This document shows positions 45,478 to 55,155 of a DNA stretch of 64,000 bases, piece after piece (positions within the stretch are counted from its first letter, which is position 1; every line of letters begins with the position of its first letter). The notes beneath the pieces are model-generated. The model saw nothing but the letters and a program-made list of their open reading frames with translations. It was not told where the DNA came from and did no database searches. The stretch covers positions 1,632,001 through 1,696,000 of the forward strand of contig CAWDML010000009.1 of assembly GCA_963803435.1 (NCBI GenBank), written 5' to 3'. Source of the DNA: an uncultured delta proteobacterium (GTDB lineage Bacteria > Myxococcota > Kuafuiibacteriia > Kuafuiibacteriales > Kuafuiibacteriaceae). The translations under genes were made by a program, and so were the position numbers.

Positions 45478-46474
45478 CTACGGAATCTCCTCTTTGCTCC
45501 GATACGCGCGGTCCGGGAGCTCGTCCCCGGCGAGGAAGGCGCTGATGGTGGCGAAGAACAGAATCCTCCTCCTCTTCCATCGCGTTGTGCCCGCTGTGCT
45601 CGAACACGACCATGCGCGCGTTGGGCAGCGCGTCGAGCAACCACACCAGGCGCTCCTTCGGCGACGGCTCGCAGCGTCCCCAGGTCAGCAGGACCGGCCG
45701 ATCGATCTTCGCGAGCTTCTCCGCGAACACCCGCCGATCGAACGTCTCCAGGTAGTCGTTGATCCCCTGGCTCGCCCAGAAGCCGGCGCGCCCCTGGTCC
45801 GCGGTGGGCTTCTTCTTCTCCGGGCGCTGGCAGTACAGCGACGGGAACATCACCTCGGCCACCTGCAGAAACCGCGCGTCGAGCTCGTCCTCCGAGGCGT
45901 AGCTCTCGGCGGCGGCCTTGAGCGCCTGGAGACGGGTTCCGAACAGCTGCTTGTCGTCGTCGGTCATCTTCGCCATCTGGGCGTTCCGCTTCGCGGTGAC
46001 GAGGGCGTCGTCCTCCGGTCCGCCGGAGTACACGATCAGCTTGTCTACGTGCTCGGGGTGCTGGGCCGCGTAGAACACCGCGAGGGCGCCGCCGAAAGAG
46101 TGACCGATGATGTTGATGCGCTCGCGGCCGAGCTTCACGCGGAGGGCCTCCATGTCATCCACGTTCTGCTGGAGCGTGAGCCGATCCAGGGCCGAAGGAC
46201 CGCCCAGCCGCTCCGAAGCGCCGGTCCCGCGCTGGTCGTAGAGCACCACCCGGTACTGCGGCGCCATGCGCTCGAGCGGGCGCAGGCTCTGGTGATTGCC
46301 GCCCGGCCCGCCGTGCACCACCAGCAGCACGGGCGCGTCGAACGGACCGACGTCGCGCACGTACAGCCGGGTGTCGCGGATGCTCCACAACCCTACTCGC
46401 GCGGGCTGCGGCCCGGACGCGCATGCGAAAAGGGTGGGGAGGAGAAGGAGAATCCAACGAGCGGTCCGGTCCAT
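45478..46474 (-). CDS. Alpha/beta-hydrolase lipoprotein (proline iminopeptidase-like), 1 frameshift near 45563
   Basis: Lipobox LFA-C, HGGPG, YDQRGTG, GHSFGG, SGH; the corrected frame ends at TAG 45478. Confidence 0.85.
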
Positions 46475-46537
46475 GTGCGTCGGATCGGAAGGAGAAGAAT
46501 TGGGCATGTCAACATGCGAGCGTGCTACCTTTCGAGC

Positions 46538-47707
46538 GTGCGCTCCCTGGGCAAATTCGGCCCCTATGGGGGAATGTTCGTGGCCGAGCTTCTGGTCCCC
46601 GCGCTCGAGGAGCTCGAGGACGCGTTCGAGTCCGCCCGACGCGATCCGCTGTTCCAGGCCGAGCTCGATCGCCTGCTCGCCACCTATGCCGGCCGGCCCA
46701 CGCCGCTCTACCTCGCAGAGAACCTCTCCGCCGACGCCGGTCGCAAGATCTACCTGAAGCGCGAGGACCTCCTCCACGGCGGAGCGCACAAGACGAACAA
46801 CACCATCGGACAGGGGCTCCTGGCGCGACGCATGGGGAAGACCAAGCTGATCGCGGAGACCGGCGCAGGTCAGCACGGCGTCGCCACGGCGCTCGTGGGC
46901 GCGCTCCTCGGCATGGAGGTCACGATCTTCATGGGCGCGAAGGACGTCGCGCGCCAGCGCCCCAACGTGCAGCGCATGGAGCTCTTCGGAGCACAGGTCC
47001 GTCCGGTCGAGTCGGGCGCCGCCACGCTCAAGGAGGCGATCAACGAGACGCTCCGCTACTGGACTGAGCACGTCAGAGATACGTTCTACGTCTTCGGCAC
47101 CGTCGCGGGTCCCCATCCCTATCCCACGATCGTTCGTCACTTTCAGCGGGTCATCGGGTACGAGGCCAAGCAGCAGTTCCTGTTCTGGGAGGGCAAGCTC
47201 CCCACCGCGGCGATCGCCTGCGTCGGAGGCGGCAGCAACGCGATCGGTCTGTTCGCCGATCTGCTCGACGACGCGGAGGTGAAGCTGTACGGCGTCGAGG
47301 CCGGCGGCGAGGGCCTCGACACGGGACGGCACGGCGCCACGCTCGAGCGCGGTCGCCCGGGCTGCCTGCACGGATCCATCTCGTACGTGCTTCAGGACGA
47401 GCAGGGCCAGATCTTGGAGGCCCACAGCATCTCCGCCGGGCTCGACTACCCGGGCGTCGGACCCGAGCACAGCTACCTCAAGGACTCGGGCCGCGTGGAG
47501 TACGTGTCGATCACCGATCGCGAGGCCCTCGAGGCGTTCCGCTGGCTGGCCCGCCGCGAAGGCATCATCCCCGCCCTCGAGTCCTCGCACGCGATCGCGT
47601 TCGCGCGAAAGGTGGCGCCCACCCTCGACGACGACGCGATGTTGCTGGTCAACCTCTCCGGCCGCGGAGACAAGGATCTCTCCCACGCGATCGAGACGCT
47701 CGGATGA
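46538..47707 (+). CDS. trpB: Tryptophan synthase beta chain
   Basis: [56 protein letters not shown]. Start GTG 46538 or ATG 46514. Confidence 0.96.
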   Translation: MRSLGKFGPYGGMFVAELLVPALEELEDAFESARRDPLFQAELDRLLATYAGRPTPLYLAENLSADAGRKIYLKREDLLHGGAHKTNNTIGQGLLARRMGKTKLIAETGAGQHGVATALVGALLGMEVTIFMGAKDVARQRPNVQRMELFGAQVRPVESGAATLKEAINETLRYWTEHVRDTFYVFGTVAGPHPYPTIVRHFQRVIGYEAKQQFLFWEGKLPTAAIACVGGGSNAIGLFADLLDDAEVKLYGVEAGGEGLDTGRHGATLERGRPGCLHGSISYVLQDEQGQILEAHSISAGLDYPGVGPEHSYLKDSGRVEYVSITDREALEAFRWLARREGIIPALESSHAIAFARKVAPTLDDDAMLLVNLSGRGDKDLSHAIETLG

Positions 47708-48517
47708 GCCGCCTGAGCGATCGTCTCAGCACGCTCAAGGCTGCCGGCGAGGGCGCCTTCGTGCCGTTCCTGGTGATCGGCGATCCCGATCTGCCCACCA
47801 GCCAATCGCTGGTCGACGCGCTCGAGCCGCATGCCGACATCCTCGAGTTCGGCCTCGCCTTCAGCGATCCGCCCGCCGACGGTCCGGTGATCCAGGCCGC
47901 CGACAAGCGCGCTCTCACCGCCGGGGTCACCACCGAGGATGCCTTCCGCTTCTTGGCCGCCGTCCGGGCCCGGACCGAGGTGCCGATCGCGCTGCTCATC
48001 TACTACAACCTGATCCTGAACCAGGGCGTCGATCGCTTCTATGCGCGTGCGGCAGAGGCCGGCGTCGACGCGATCCTGGTCGCGGACCTCCCCATCGAGG
48101 AGGCCGACGAGGCCCTCGCCGCCGCCGATCGTCACGGCATCGCGCCGGTGTTCATCGTCAGCGAGCTCACCACCCGCGCGCGGCTGACCGCGATCGCCGC
48201 CCGCTCGCGCGGCTACCTGTACCTGGTCGCGCGCCTCGGCGTGACTGGAGAGCGCACCGCCGGCCCCGATCATCCCGGGCTGGCCGCCACGATCTCCCAG
48301 ATCCGCGAGGCGACGGACCTCCCGATCCTCGCCGGCTTCGGGCTCTCTCTGCCCGAGCACGTACGCGCCGTTCGGGCGGCCGGTGCGGACGGCGCGATTC
48401 TCGGGGAGCGCCGTGGTCCGGCGCGTCGAGCAGAACCTCGGCGATCACACCCGCATGCGAGCCGCGCTGGGCGAGCTGGCCCGCAGCATGAAGGCCGCGA
48501 CGAGAGGAAGAGACTGA
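47704..48517 (+). CDS. trpA: Tryptophan synthase alpha chain (1 frameshift near 48398)
   Basis: [26 protein letters not shown], then DGAISGSAVV after correction. Confidence 0.93.
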
Positions 48518-49533
48518 TGCTCATCTTGATGAAGAACGGTGCCACGGAAGAGGACATCGCCCGGGTCACCGAGGCGATCGAGGCGATGGGCTACGAGGCT
48601 CGCGCCATCCCCGGCCAGCAGCGAACTGCCATCGGTCTGGTCGGAAACGATCGTCGCGTCGACAGCTCCACGCTCGAGGGACTGCCCGGTGTCCTCGAGA
48701 TCATCCACGTCTCGGCGCCGTACAAGCTGGTGAGCCGGGAGTGGAAGCCGTCGAACACGATCATCCGGCTCGAGAACGGCACCGAGATCGGCGGGAACCG
48801 CGTGGTGATGATGGGCGGGCCCTGCTCCGTCGAGCACGAGGAGCAGATCATGACCGCGGCCCAGCATGTGAAGGCGGCCGGGGCCACTGTGCTGCGCGGC
48901 GGCGCGTTCAAGCCGCGGACCTCTCCGTACGCGTTTCAGGGCCTCGAGCGCGAAGGCCTCGAGCTGCTCGCCAAGGCCAGCAAGACGTATCAGCTCGCGG
49001 TCACCACGGAAGCGATCGATCAAGCGTCCGTCGATCTGATCGCCGAGTACGCTGACATCATCCAGATCGGCGCGCGCAACATGGCGAACTACGCCCTGCT
49101 GCGCTACGTGGGAAAGCTCAAGAAGCCGGTGCTGCTCAAGCGAGGGATGTCGGCGACGCTCCAGGAGCTGCTCCTGGCGGCGGAGTACATCCTCGCCGGC
49201 GGCAACGATCAGGTGATCCTCTGCGAGCGCGGCATCCGCGGCTTCGACAACATGACTCGCAACGTGTTCGACGTCTCCGCCGTCCCGATCCTGAAGTCGC
49301 TCTCGCACCTTCCGGTGATCGCCGATCCGTCCCACGGCACCGGCCGTCGCGATCAGGTCACGGTCATGGCGCGCGCCGCGATCGCCGCCGGCGCCGACGG
49401 CCTGATCGTGGAGATGCACCCCCAGCCCGAGAGGGCGCTCTCCGATGGGGCCCAATCCCTGTATCCAAAGCAGTTCCAGGACATGGTGGACCAGGTCCGG
49501 CGCGTCGCTGCGGCCATCGACCGCGCCCTCTGA
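48517..49533 (+). CDS. aroF: 3-deoxy-7-phosphoheptulonate (DAHP) synthase, type I-beta with N-terminal regulatory domain
   Basis: [43 protein letters not shown]. Confidence 0.93.
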   Translation: MLILMKNGATEEDIARVTEAIEAMGYEARAIPGQQRTAIGLVGNDRRVDSSTLEGLPGVLEIIHVSAPYKLVSREWKPSNTIIRLENGTEIGGNRVVMMGGPCSVEHEEQIMTAAQHVKAAGATVLRGGAFKPRTSPYAFQGLEREGLELLAKASKTYQLAVTTEAIDQASVDLIAEYADIIQIGARNMANYALLRYVGKLKKPVLLKRGMSATLQELLLAAEYILAGGNDQVILCERGIRGFDNMTRNVFDVSAVPILKSLSHLPVIADPSHGTGRRDQVTVMARAAIAAGADGLIVEMHPQPERALSDGAQSLYPKQFQDMVDQVRRVAAAIDRAL

Positions 49534-49555
49534 TCCGTTTTCTCCTCTCGCCCGC

Positions 49556-49605
49556 TTGACATGCGGCCGCGATCGGCCTATTTGATATTGAGAATCGTTC
49601 TCAAT
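49556..49605 (+). promoter_or_regulatory. Sigma70 promoter (TTGACA-N17-TATTTG) with Fur-box-like palindrome just downstream
   Basis: ATTGAGAATCGTTCTCAAT at 49587-49605 (8-3-8 inverted repeat resembling the Fur motif), AT-rich in a 70% GC genome. Confidence 0.75.
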
Positions 49606-49743
49606 CGCAAGAAAGAATCCCTTACCTATGGGCGTCCTGGGGGGACTGCTCGGTGAGCCTCGAACCCTCCTCAGACTTCGAGCAGTGCCCCCCGCCCTTT
49701 CCGATCTCGACCCGCCGACTTCAACCGTCCTAGTTCCGAGCGC

Positions 49744-50733
49744 GTGAAGCTCTCCACCTTCGCCCTCGCCCCGACCGCCCTCCTGCTGTTCGCCTGCGGC
49801 GGCTCCGCAGACGACGGGGGGGACGACCTGACCGCCGGCCCACCCCAGTGCCAGTCCAGCGCGTACATCGCGTTCGATCCCGCCAACCTCCAGGCCGGGC
49901 GCGACCGCGTGACCGCCTTCGAGCAGATGACGTCGCTCCTCGACGAAGGCAGCTTCGCGGACGCCCAGACGCGCTACCAGAGCGCGGGCCTGCGCGAGAC
50001 CGTCACCGCGCTCTCGGCGCCCTTCGACACCGCGATCCTCGATGCCCTCGACGAGGGTCGGACCGCGACCACGGCACACGCCGCCGACCTCGCGAAGGAG
50101 AACGTGGAGGGCCGGCTCGTCCACGTCTTCTTCCTCTCCATCCGGGCGGGTCTGAGCGCCGGCGAGCCGGCCCGCTGGGACGCCGCCTTCGCCGATTGGG
50201 GCGCGGACAGGTCGAACGCGGACACCGCGCGCCGAGGCCTGGCGGCGCTCACCACCGAGCGCGACGCGGCCAACGCCGCCCAGCTCGCGGAGACCATCTT
50301 CAACGGCCTGGTCGACGGGAGCTGCGGGCTGGCCCAGGCGCTGGCCAACGCGGGCGGCACGTCGCTCGACCCTTCGACGGTACCCGAGCTGAGCGCCGTC
50401 ATCGACGAGGTCGATCTCGATCTGGAGCGCGCCATCGCGTTCATGGCCGCCCACGCCGGCATCGAGATGGCCACCAGCCAGGAAGGCCTCGGGACGGATC
50501 CCGACGCCGGCGGCGCGGTCGAGGTCCAGCTGCTCGCGTTCGAGCTGCTGTTCCAGCCGCTCGAGCCCCTGATGACCGCCCGCGGGGGCGACTCCGCCGA
50601 TCGCGCCGCCCGCATCCGCAGCGCCCTCCAGACCGCCTGGGACGACCCGACCGGCCGCTGGAAGGCCCTGTTCGACCCGGGCCCCCTGGTCAGCGACCTC
50701 GAGGACGAGTACGGGATCGTCGTTCAAGGGTGA
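49744..50733 (+). CDS. Probable iron-regulated all-helical lipoprotein
   Basis: Lipobox LFA-C; downstream of a Fur box; WDAAFADWG segment loosely resembles FEA1/DUF4856-type WDEA motifs (from memory, unverified). Confidence 0.7.
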   Translation: MKLSTFALAPTALLLFACGGSADDGGDDLTAGPPQCQSSAYIAFDPANLQAGRDRVTAFEQMTSLLDEGSFADAQTRYQSAGLRETVTALSAPFDTAILDALDEGRTATTAHAADLAKENVEGRLVHVFFLSIRAGLSAGEPARWDAAFADWGADRSNADTARRGLAALTTERDAANAAQLAETIFNGLVDGSCGLAQALANAGGTSLDPSTVPELSAVIDEVDLDLERAIAFMAAHAGIEMATSQEGLGTDPDAGGAVEVQLLAFELLFQPLEPLMTARGGDSADRAARIRSALQTAWDDPTGRWKALFDPGPLVSDLEDEYGIVVQG

Positions 50734-50794
50734 GACGAGGGAAGACGGGCGAAATCGAGCGGTTGAGGCGGCTCGATTGCGCTCGTCCCCTGAT

Positions 50795-50819
50795 TTTGAT
50801 AATGACTTGCATTATCAAA
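50795..50819. promoter_or_regulatory. Fur box
   Basis: TTT-GATAATGACTTGCATTATC-AAA; both 7-bp arms are identical to those of the classical GATAATGATAATCATTATC. Confidence 0.85.
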
Positions 50820-51377
50820 GAGCGAGGTCCCATCGCGCTTTTGGCGCTCTCGTTGTTGATGGCGCCGTCGCTCGCCTGGGCCGACGACGTCTACTGGACG
50901 ACGCCCACCCTCCTGAAGGACTTCTTCAAGACCTCCGAGAGGGTGACCTACGTGCGGATTCAGGGGCCCGAGGCCCTCGCCGCGCTCCGGGCGCTGCTCG
51001 GCTACAGCCCGAAGAAGCAGAGCTACGTGGTCTTTGTCGCCAAGACGCGCGAGCACGTCGACGGCTACGCCGTGATCGACGAGGAGATGGGCCAGCACCA
51101 GCCGATCACGTTCGGGGTGAAGATCTCGCCCGCCGGGCAGGTCGAGCGGCTCGAGGTGATGGTGTACCGCGAGGGCTACGGTAGCGAGATCCGCGAGCCT
51201 CGATTCCGCCGGCAGTTCGAAGGCATGACCGAGCACGATCGGATGCGCTTCGGAGACGACGTCGTCGCCATCTCGGGCGCCACCATCTCCTCGAAGGCCA
51301 TGACGGCGGGCGTCCGCCGCGCGGTCGCGCTGGTGACGGTGGCCGAGCGACAGGTCGTGCTCGCCGCCGCCCGCTGA
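50802..51377 (+). CDS. Exported FMN-binding protein (ApbE flavinylation substrate)
   Basis: Signal peptide (..SLAWA), G.HQPITF.V, YREGYG.EI...F..QF.G, ISGATISS ([S/T]GA[S/T] motif). Start uncertain. Confidence 0.85.
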   Translation: MTCIIKERGPIALLALSLLMAPSLAWADDVYWTTPTLLKDFFKTSERVTYVRIQGPEALAALRALLGYSPKKQSYVVFVAKTREHVDGYAVIDEEMGQHQPITFGVKISPAGQVERLEVMVYREGYGSEIREPRFRRQFEGMTEHDRMRFGDDVVAISGATISSKAMTAGVRRAVALVTVAERQVVLAAAR

Positions 51378-51952
51378 TGCGCCACTTCGCAAAACCAAGC
51401 ACGCTCGAACGGCTCTCGCTCGAGGCGCGCCTCATCTACACGATCTTCTGTCTCTTCATGCTGGCCGGCTACGCCACCAGCGTGTGGTTCTACCTCGACG
51501 ATGACCTCGGCGCGGCGCCCGCCGGCGCCGAGCGCTACTACCGGGGCGCCACGAAGGTGCCGGCGACCGAGGAGCCGGCCGGCGGACCCTCGCTCGATCT
51601 CCCCGGCGACACCCGAGCGGAGCCGGCGCTGCGCCTGGAGAAACCGGCGCGCCAGGTGATGGAGACGTTCCACTTCCACCTCTTCAGCGTCCCGATCTGC
51701 CTCCTGATCCTCGCGCACATCTTCATGATGGGGCGCGAGTCCACGCGGACGAAGGTGCTCACGATCGGCGTCGCCAGCGCGGCCACGTTCGTCCACCTGA
51801 TGACGCCGCCGTTGATCCGCTTCGCCGCCCGCGGCTTCGCCTTTCTCATGTTCCCCAGCGCGATCTGCATGGGCGCGACCTGGCTCTACATGACGGTCAG
51901 CCCGATCGTTCAGATGTGGCGGGGCCTCAGGGCGTCGGCGACCGCTGAATGA
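51377..51952 (+). CDS. His-containing 4-TM membrane protein
   Basis: TGATG coupling; four hydrophobic helices; ETFHFHLF...LAH and FVH. Confidence 0.75.
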   Translation: MRHFAKPSTLERLSLEARLIYTIFCLFMLAGYATSVWFYLDDDLGAAPAGAERYYRGATKVPATEEPAGGPSLDLPGDTRAEPALRLEKPARQVMETFHFHLFSVPICLLILAHIFMMGRESTRTKVLTIGVASAATFVHLMTPPLIRFAARGFAFLMFPSAICMGATWLYMTVSPIVQMWRGLRASATAE

Positions 51953-52988
51953 GCAACCGTCCCGCGAGCCCGGTCGACAGCACCACCTGATTGTCGGCGC
52001 CCACGATCACGGCCTCGACGCCGGGCAGCGACTCGACCAGCGCCATCCCGCGCTCGGGTCCCATCACGAACAGCGCGGTGGAGAGCGCGTCGGCGGTGGT
52101 GGCGTCCTCCGCAAGGACCGTTGCGCTCCGCGAGGCGGTCGCCGGATACCCGCTCGCCGGGTCGATGATGTGGTGATAGCGCACGCCGTCGGCCATGAAG
52201 AAGCGCTCGTAGTCGCCACTGGTGTCGAAGGCGCGATCGGAGAGGTCGATGACTGCGAAGCTGCCCTCGCCGCGCGGATCGCGGAGCCCGACGCGCCAAG
52301 GCCGGCCCCCCTTGGTCCCGGCGGCGAACAGCTCCCCGCCCGCCTTGATGAGGAAGCTCTCGACACCGCGCGCCCGCAGGAGGGCGGCCGCCCGATCGGT
52401 CGCATAGCCCTTGGCGATGCCGCCCAGGCCGAGCTTCATCCCGGCCGTGTGAAGAAAGACGGTCCGACGGGCGGGATCGAGCGTCACCTTGCGCCAGTCG
52501 ATGAGCGGGCGCCTCCGCTCCACCTCCTCGCGAGCGGGCGGCCGGCGCACGCCGTCGTCCCCGAACGTCCACAGACCCCACATCGAGGCGAACGTCGGAT
52601 CGAAGGCACCATCGGTGAGCCTCGACAGCGCGAGCGCCCGAGACAGCAGGTCGAAGAGCTCTTGATCGACCTCGACCGCGCGGAGGCCCGCCCCCGCGTT
52701 CACGGCCGAGAGCTGACTGCCGGTCTTCCACTCGCTCATCGATCGATCGATGCGATCGAACTCCGCGAAGACCGCCTCGGCGGCGACGTTCGCCTCCGCC
52801 TCCGGGATCCCGGGCAACGAGAGCTCGACGTAGGTACCCATCACCGGACGGACGCGCTTCGTCAGGTCGCCGGTCGTGCGCGTCCGATCCGCCTCGGGCG
52901 GGATGTCGAGGACCGGCCCGGCGGCGTCGCGGCACGCGAATATGAGGAGGAGCGCAGCGGTTTCGACGCGCTTCAACGCGGGTGACAC
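51927..52988 (-). CDS. apbE: FAD:protein FMN transferase
   Basis: VMGT, SQLSAVN, GAFDPT, LGGIAKGYA, TSGDYERF, YHHIIDP, ADALSTA. Confidence 0.93.
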   Translation of the reverse strand: MSPALKRVETAALLLIFACRDAAGPVLDIPPEADRTRTTGDLTKRVRPVMGTYVELSLPGIPEAEANVAAEAVFAEFDRIDRSMSEWKTGSQLSAVNAGAGLRAVEVDQELFDLLSRALALSRLTDGAFDPTFASMWGLWTFGDDGVRRPPAREEVERRRPLIDWRKVTLDPARRTVFLHTAGMKLGLGGIAKGYATDRAAALLRARGVESFLIKAGGELFAAGTKGGRPWRVGLRDPRGEGSFAVIDLSDRAFDTSGDYERFFMADGVRYHHIIDPASGYPATASRSATVLAEDATTADALSTALFVMGPERGMALVESLPGVEAVIVGADNQVVLSTGLAGRLLIQRSPTP

Positions 52989-53026
52989 TCCGAGCCCAAG
53001 CCACGGTATGCTAGGTGTCCCGAGCG

Positions 53027-53467
53027 ATGGACGACCAGGGTGATCCGCGAGAAGTGCTCAAGGAGTACGTCGGCAAGCACGGGCTCAAGCTCACCCGCCA
53101 GCGCGAGCTGATCGCCGACGTCTTCTTCGCGGCCGAGGGCCACCTCAAGGTCGAGGACCTGCTCGAGAGGGTTCGGGACAAGGATCCCAACGTCAGCCTG
53201 GCGACGGTCTATCGCACGATGAAGCTCCTCACGGAGTGCGGCCTCGCCGCACCGCACCGATTTGGTGACAGTTCCGTGAGGTACGAGCCCGCCGATCACG
53301 ACGACGAGCACCACGACCATCTGATCTGTACCAAGTGCGGCAAGATCGTGGAGTTCTTCAACGAGAAGATCGAGACGCTCCAAGATGCGGTCGCCGCCGA
53401 GAATGGGTTTCTCGTGACCCACCACCGGATGGAGCTCTACGGGCTCTGCCCGGACTGCCGCCGCTGA
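53027..53467 (+). CDS. fur: Ferric uptake regulator family transcriptional repressor
   Basis: LKLTRQR, SLATVYRT, HHDHLICTKCG, LYGLCPDC. Confidence 0.93.
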   Translation: MDDQGDPREVLKEYVGKHGLKLTRQRELIADVFFAAEGHLKVEDLLERVRDKDPNVSLATVYRTMKLLTECGLAAPHRFGDSSVRYEPADHDDEHHDHLICTKCGKIVEFFNEKIETLQDAVAAENGFLVTHHRMELYGLCPDCRR

Positions 53468-53516
53468 CTGCCCACATTGACAGGCCTCCGGGTGCCACGC
53501 GACATTGCCTCTCCGA

Positions 53517-55145
53517 ATGGCGCGAAAGTCGCCGCGAGCCCGCGTCGTTGTGCTCGACGGACCCTCCGAAGGCACCACCCTCGAGGTCGGCGACAAGCTC
53601 ACCATCGGCCGCCGTCCCGAGAACCGCCTCCGGCTCACAGATGAGCAGATCTCGCGCTTTCACGCCGTTATCGAGCGTCGGGGCGACCACTATCTCATCA
53701 CCGATCTCGGGAGCCGGTGCGGCACCTCTGTCGACGGCCGGGCGCTGGAGGAGACCTCGATCCTGAGCGACGGCGCCCGAGTGGAGATGGGACAGACGAT
53801 CTTCGAGCTCCAGGTCTTCGACGGCGAGACCGACGAGGGCGTGACGCTCCCCGACACGCCGATCTACCTGGGTGCACCGCCGCCGCCCCGACACCGGCTC
53901 CCCCTCCCGGTGGAGACCGACGAGCGCCGGGTGACGCTCTTTCCGGTGACGCGTACCTCGGATCTGGTTCGCGACGAGAGCCGCGAGCTCGAGCGCGTCA
54001 CCGAGCAGCTGAAGACGCTGCTGCTCGCCAACTCGATCATCTCCACGGAGCTCGATCAGGAGCAGCTCTTCGACAAGATCCTCGACGCGCTGGCCGAAGC
54101 GTTCCCGGCGCATCGCGCCGCGATCATGACCGCCGAGCAGGGCGAGCTCCTGGTGCGGGCCACCCGCCAGAACGATCCGCACGTGGGTGAGTCTCCGATC
54201 AGCAACTCCATCGCGTACAAGGCCCTGCGGGAGCGCTCGGGTGTGCTCACGCTGGACGCCGGCGCGGACCATCGCTTCGACTCGCGCGCCAGCATCGTCG
54301 ACGGCAACATCCGCTCGGCGATCTGCGCGCCCATGCTGCACCACGAGGAGGTGCTCGGTGTCATCTACCTCGACACCGTCGGCATCACCCACGCGTTCAA
54401 GGAGGACGATCTCCGCATCCTCTCGGGCATCGCGGGGCCGGCGGCAGTGGCGGTCCGGAACTCGATCCTGGTCTCGCGGCTGAAGGAGACGGCGGTCGAC
54501 ACGATCTTCCGCCTGGCGGTGGCGGCCGAGTATCGCGACGACGACACTGGCTTTCACATCCACCGGATGAGCGACTACGCGGAGGAGATCGCGCGGGCGC
54601 TGGGGCGGTCGGACGCGTACTGCGAGCTGGTCAAGATCGCGAGCCCGATGCACGACGTGGGGAAGATCGGGATCCCGGACGCGATCCTGAAGAAGCCGGG
54701 CAAGCTGACGGACGACGAGTTCGCCCTGATGAAGCAGCACACGGTGATCGGCGGCGCGATCCTCTCCAACTCGAGCTCGGAGGTGCTGCAGATGGCGCAC
54801 AACATCGCGCTGAGCCACCACGAGAAGTACGACGGCAGCGGCTACCCGAACGGGCTCGCCGGCGACGGGATCCCGCTCGAGGGCCGCATCGTCGCGGTGG
54901 CCGACGTGTTCGACGCCGTCATGTCGAAGCGCTGCTACAAGGAGGCGTTCGGGCTCGCCGAGTCGATCGAGATCATCACCAAGGGGGCCGGCAAGCACTT
55001 CGACCCCAACGTCGTGGAGGCCTTCCTGGGCGTCAAAGACCGCATCCTCCAGATCCGGGCGCACTACCAGAAGCTCGAGACGGAGGCCGAGGAGAGCCGA
55101 AACGACATCGCCGCCGCCTTTCTTCGCAAGCCCGCCCTGTCGTAG
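53517..55145 (+). CDS. FHA-GAF-HD-GYP cyclic-dinucleotide phosphodiesterase
   Basis: IGR..SRFHA..DLGSRCGT (FHA); IRSAICAPM..GVIYLD (GAF); HDVGKIG, HHEKYDGSGYP, ADVFDA. Confidence 0.9.
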   Translation: MARKSPRARVVVLDGPSEGTTLEVGDKLTIGRRPENRLRLTDEQISRFHAVIERRGDHYLITDLGSRCGTSVDGRALEETSILSDGARVEMGQTIFELQVFDGETDEGVTLPDTPIYLGAPPPPRHRLPLPVETDERRVTLFPVTRTSDLVRDESRELERVTEQLKTLLLANSIISTELDQEQLFDKILDALAEAFPAHRAAIMTAEQGELLVRATRQNDPHVGESPISNSIAYKALRERSGVLTLDAGADHRFDSRASIVDGNIRSAICAPMLHHEEVLGVIYLDTVGITHAFKEDDLRILSGIAGPAAVAVRNSILVSRLKETAVDTIFRLAVAAEYRDDDTGFHIHRMSDYAEEIARALGRSDAYCELVKIASPMHDVGKIGIPDAILKKPGKLTDDEFALMKQHTVIGGAILSNSSSEVLQMAHNIALSHHEKYDGSGYPNGLAGDGIPLEGRIVAVADVFDAVMSKRCYKEAFGLAESIEIITKGAGKHFDPNVVEAFLGVKDRILQIRAHYQKLETEAEESRNDIAAAFLRKPALS

Positions 55146-55155
55146 ACTGCGCGCG

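Noticed and set aside
47704-49533. Apparent TrpA-AroF fusion
   Set aside because: Removing one T at GATTC 48396-48400 restores the TrpA end and a TGATG junction.
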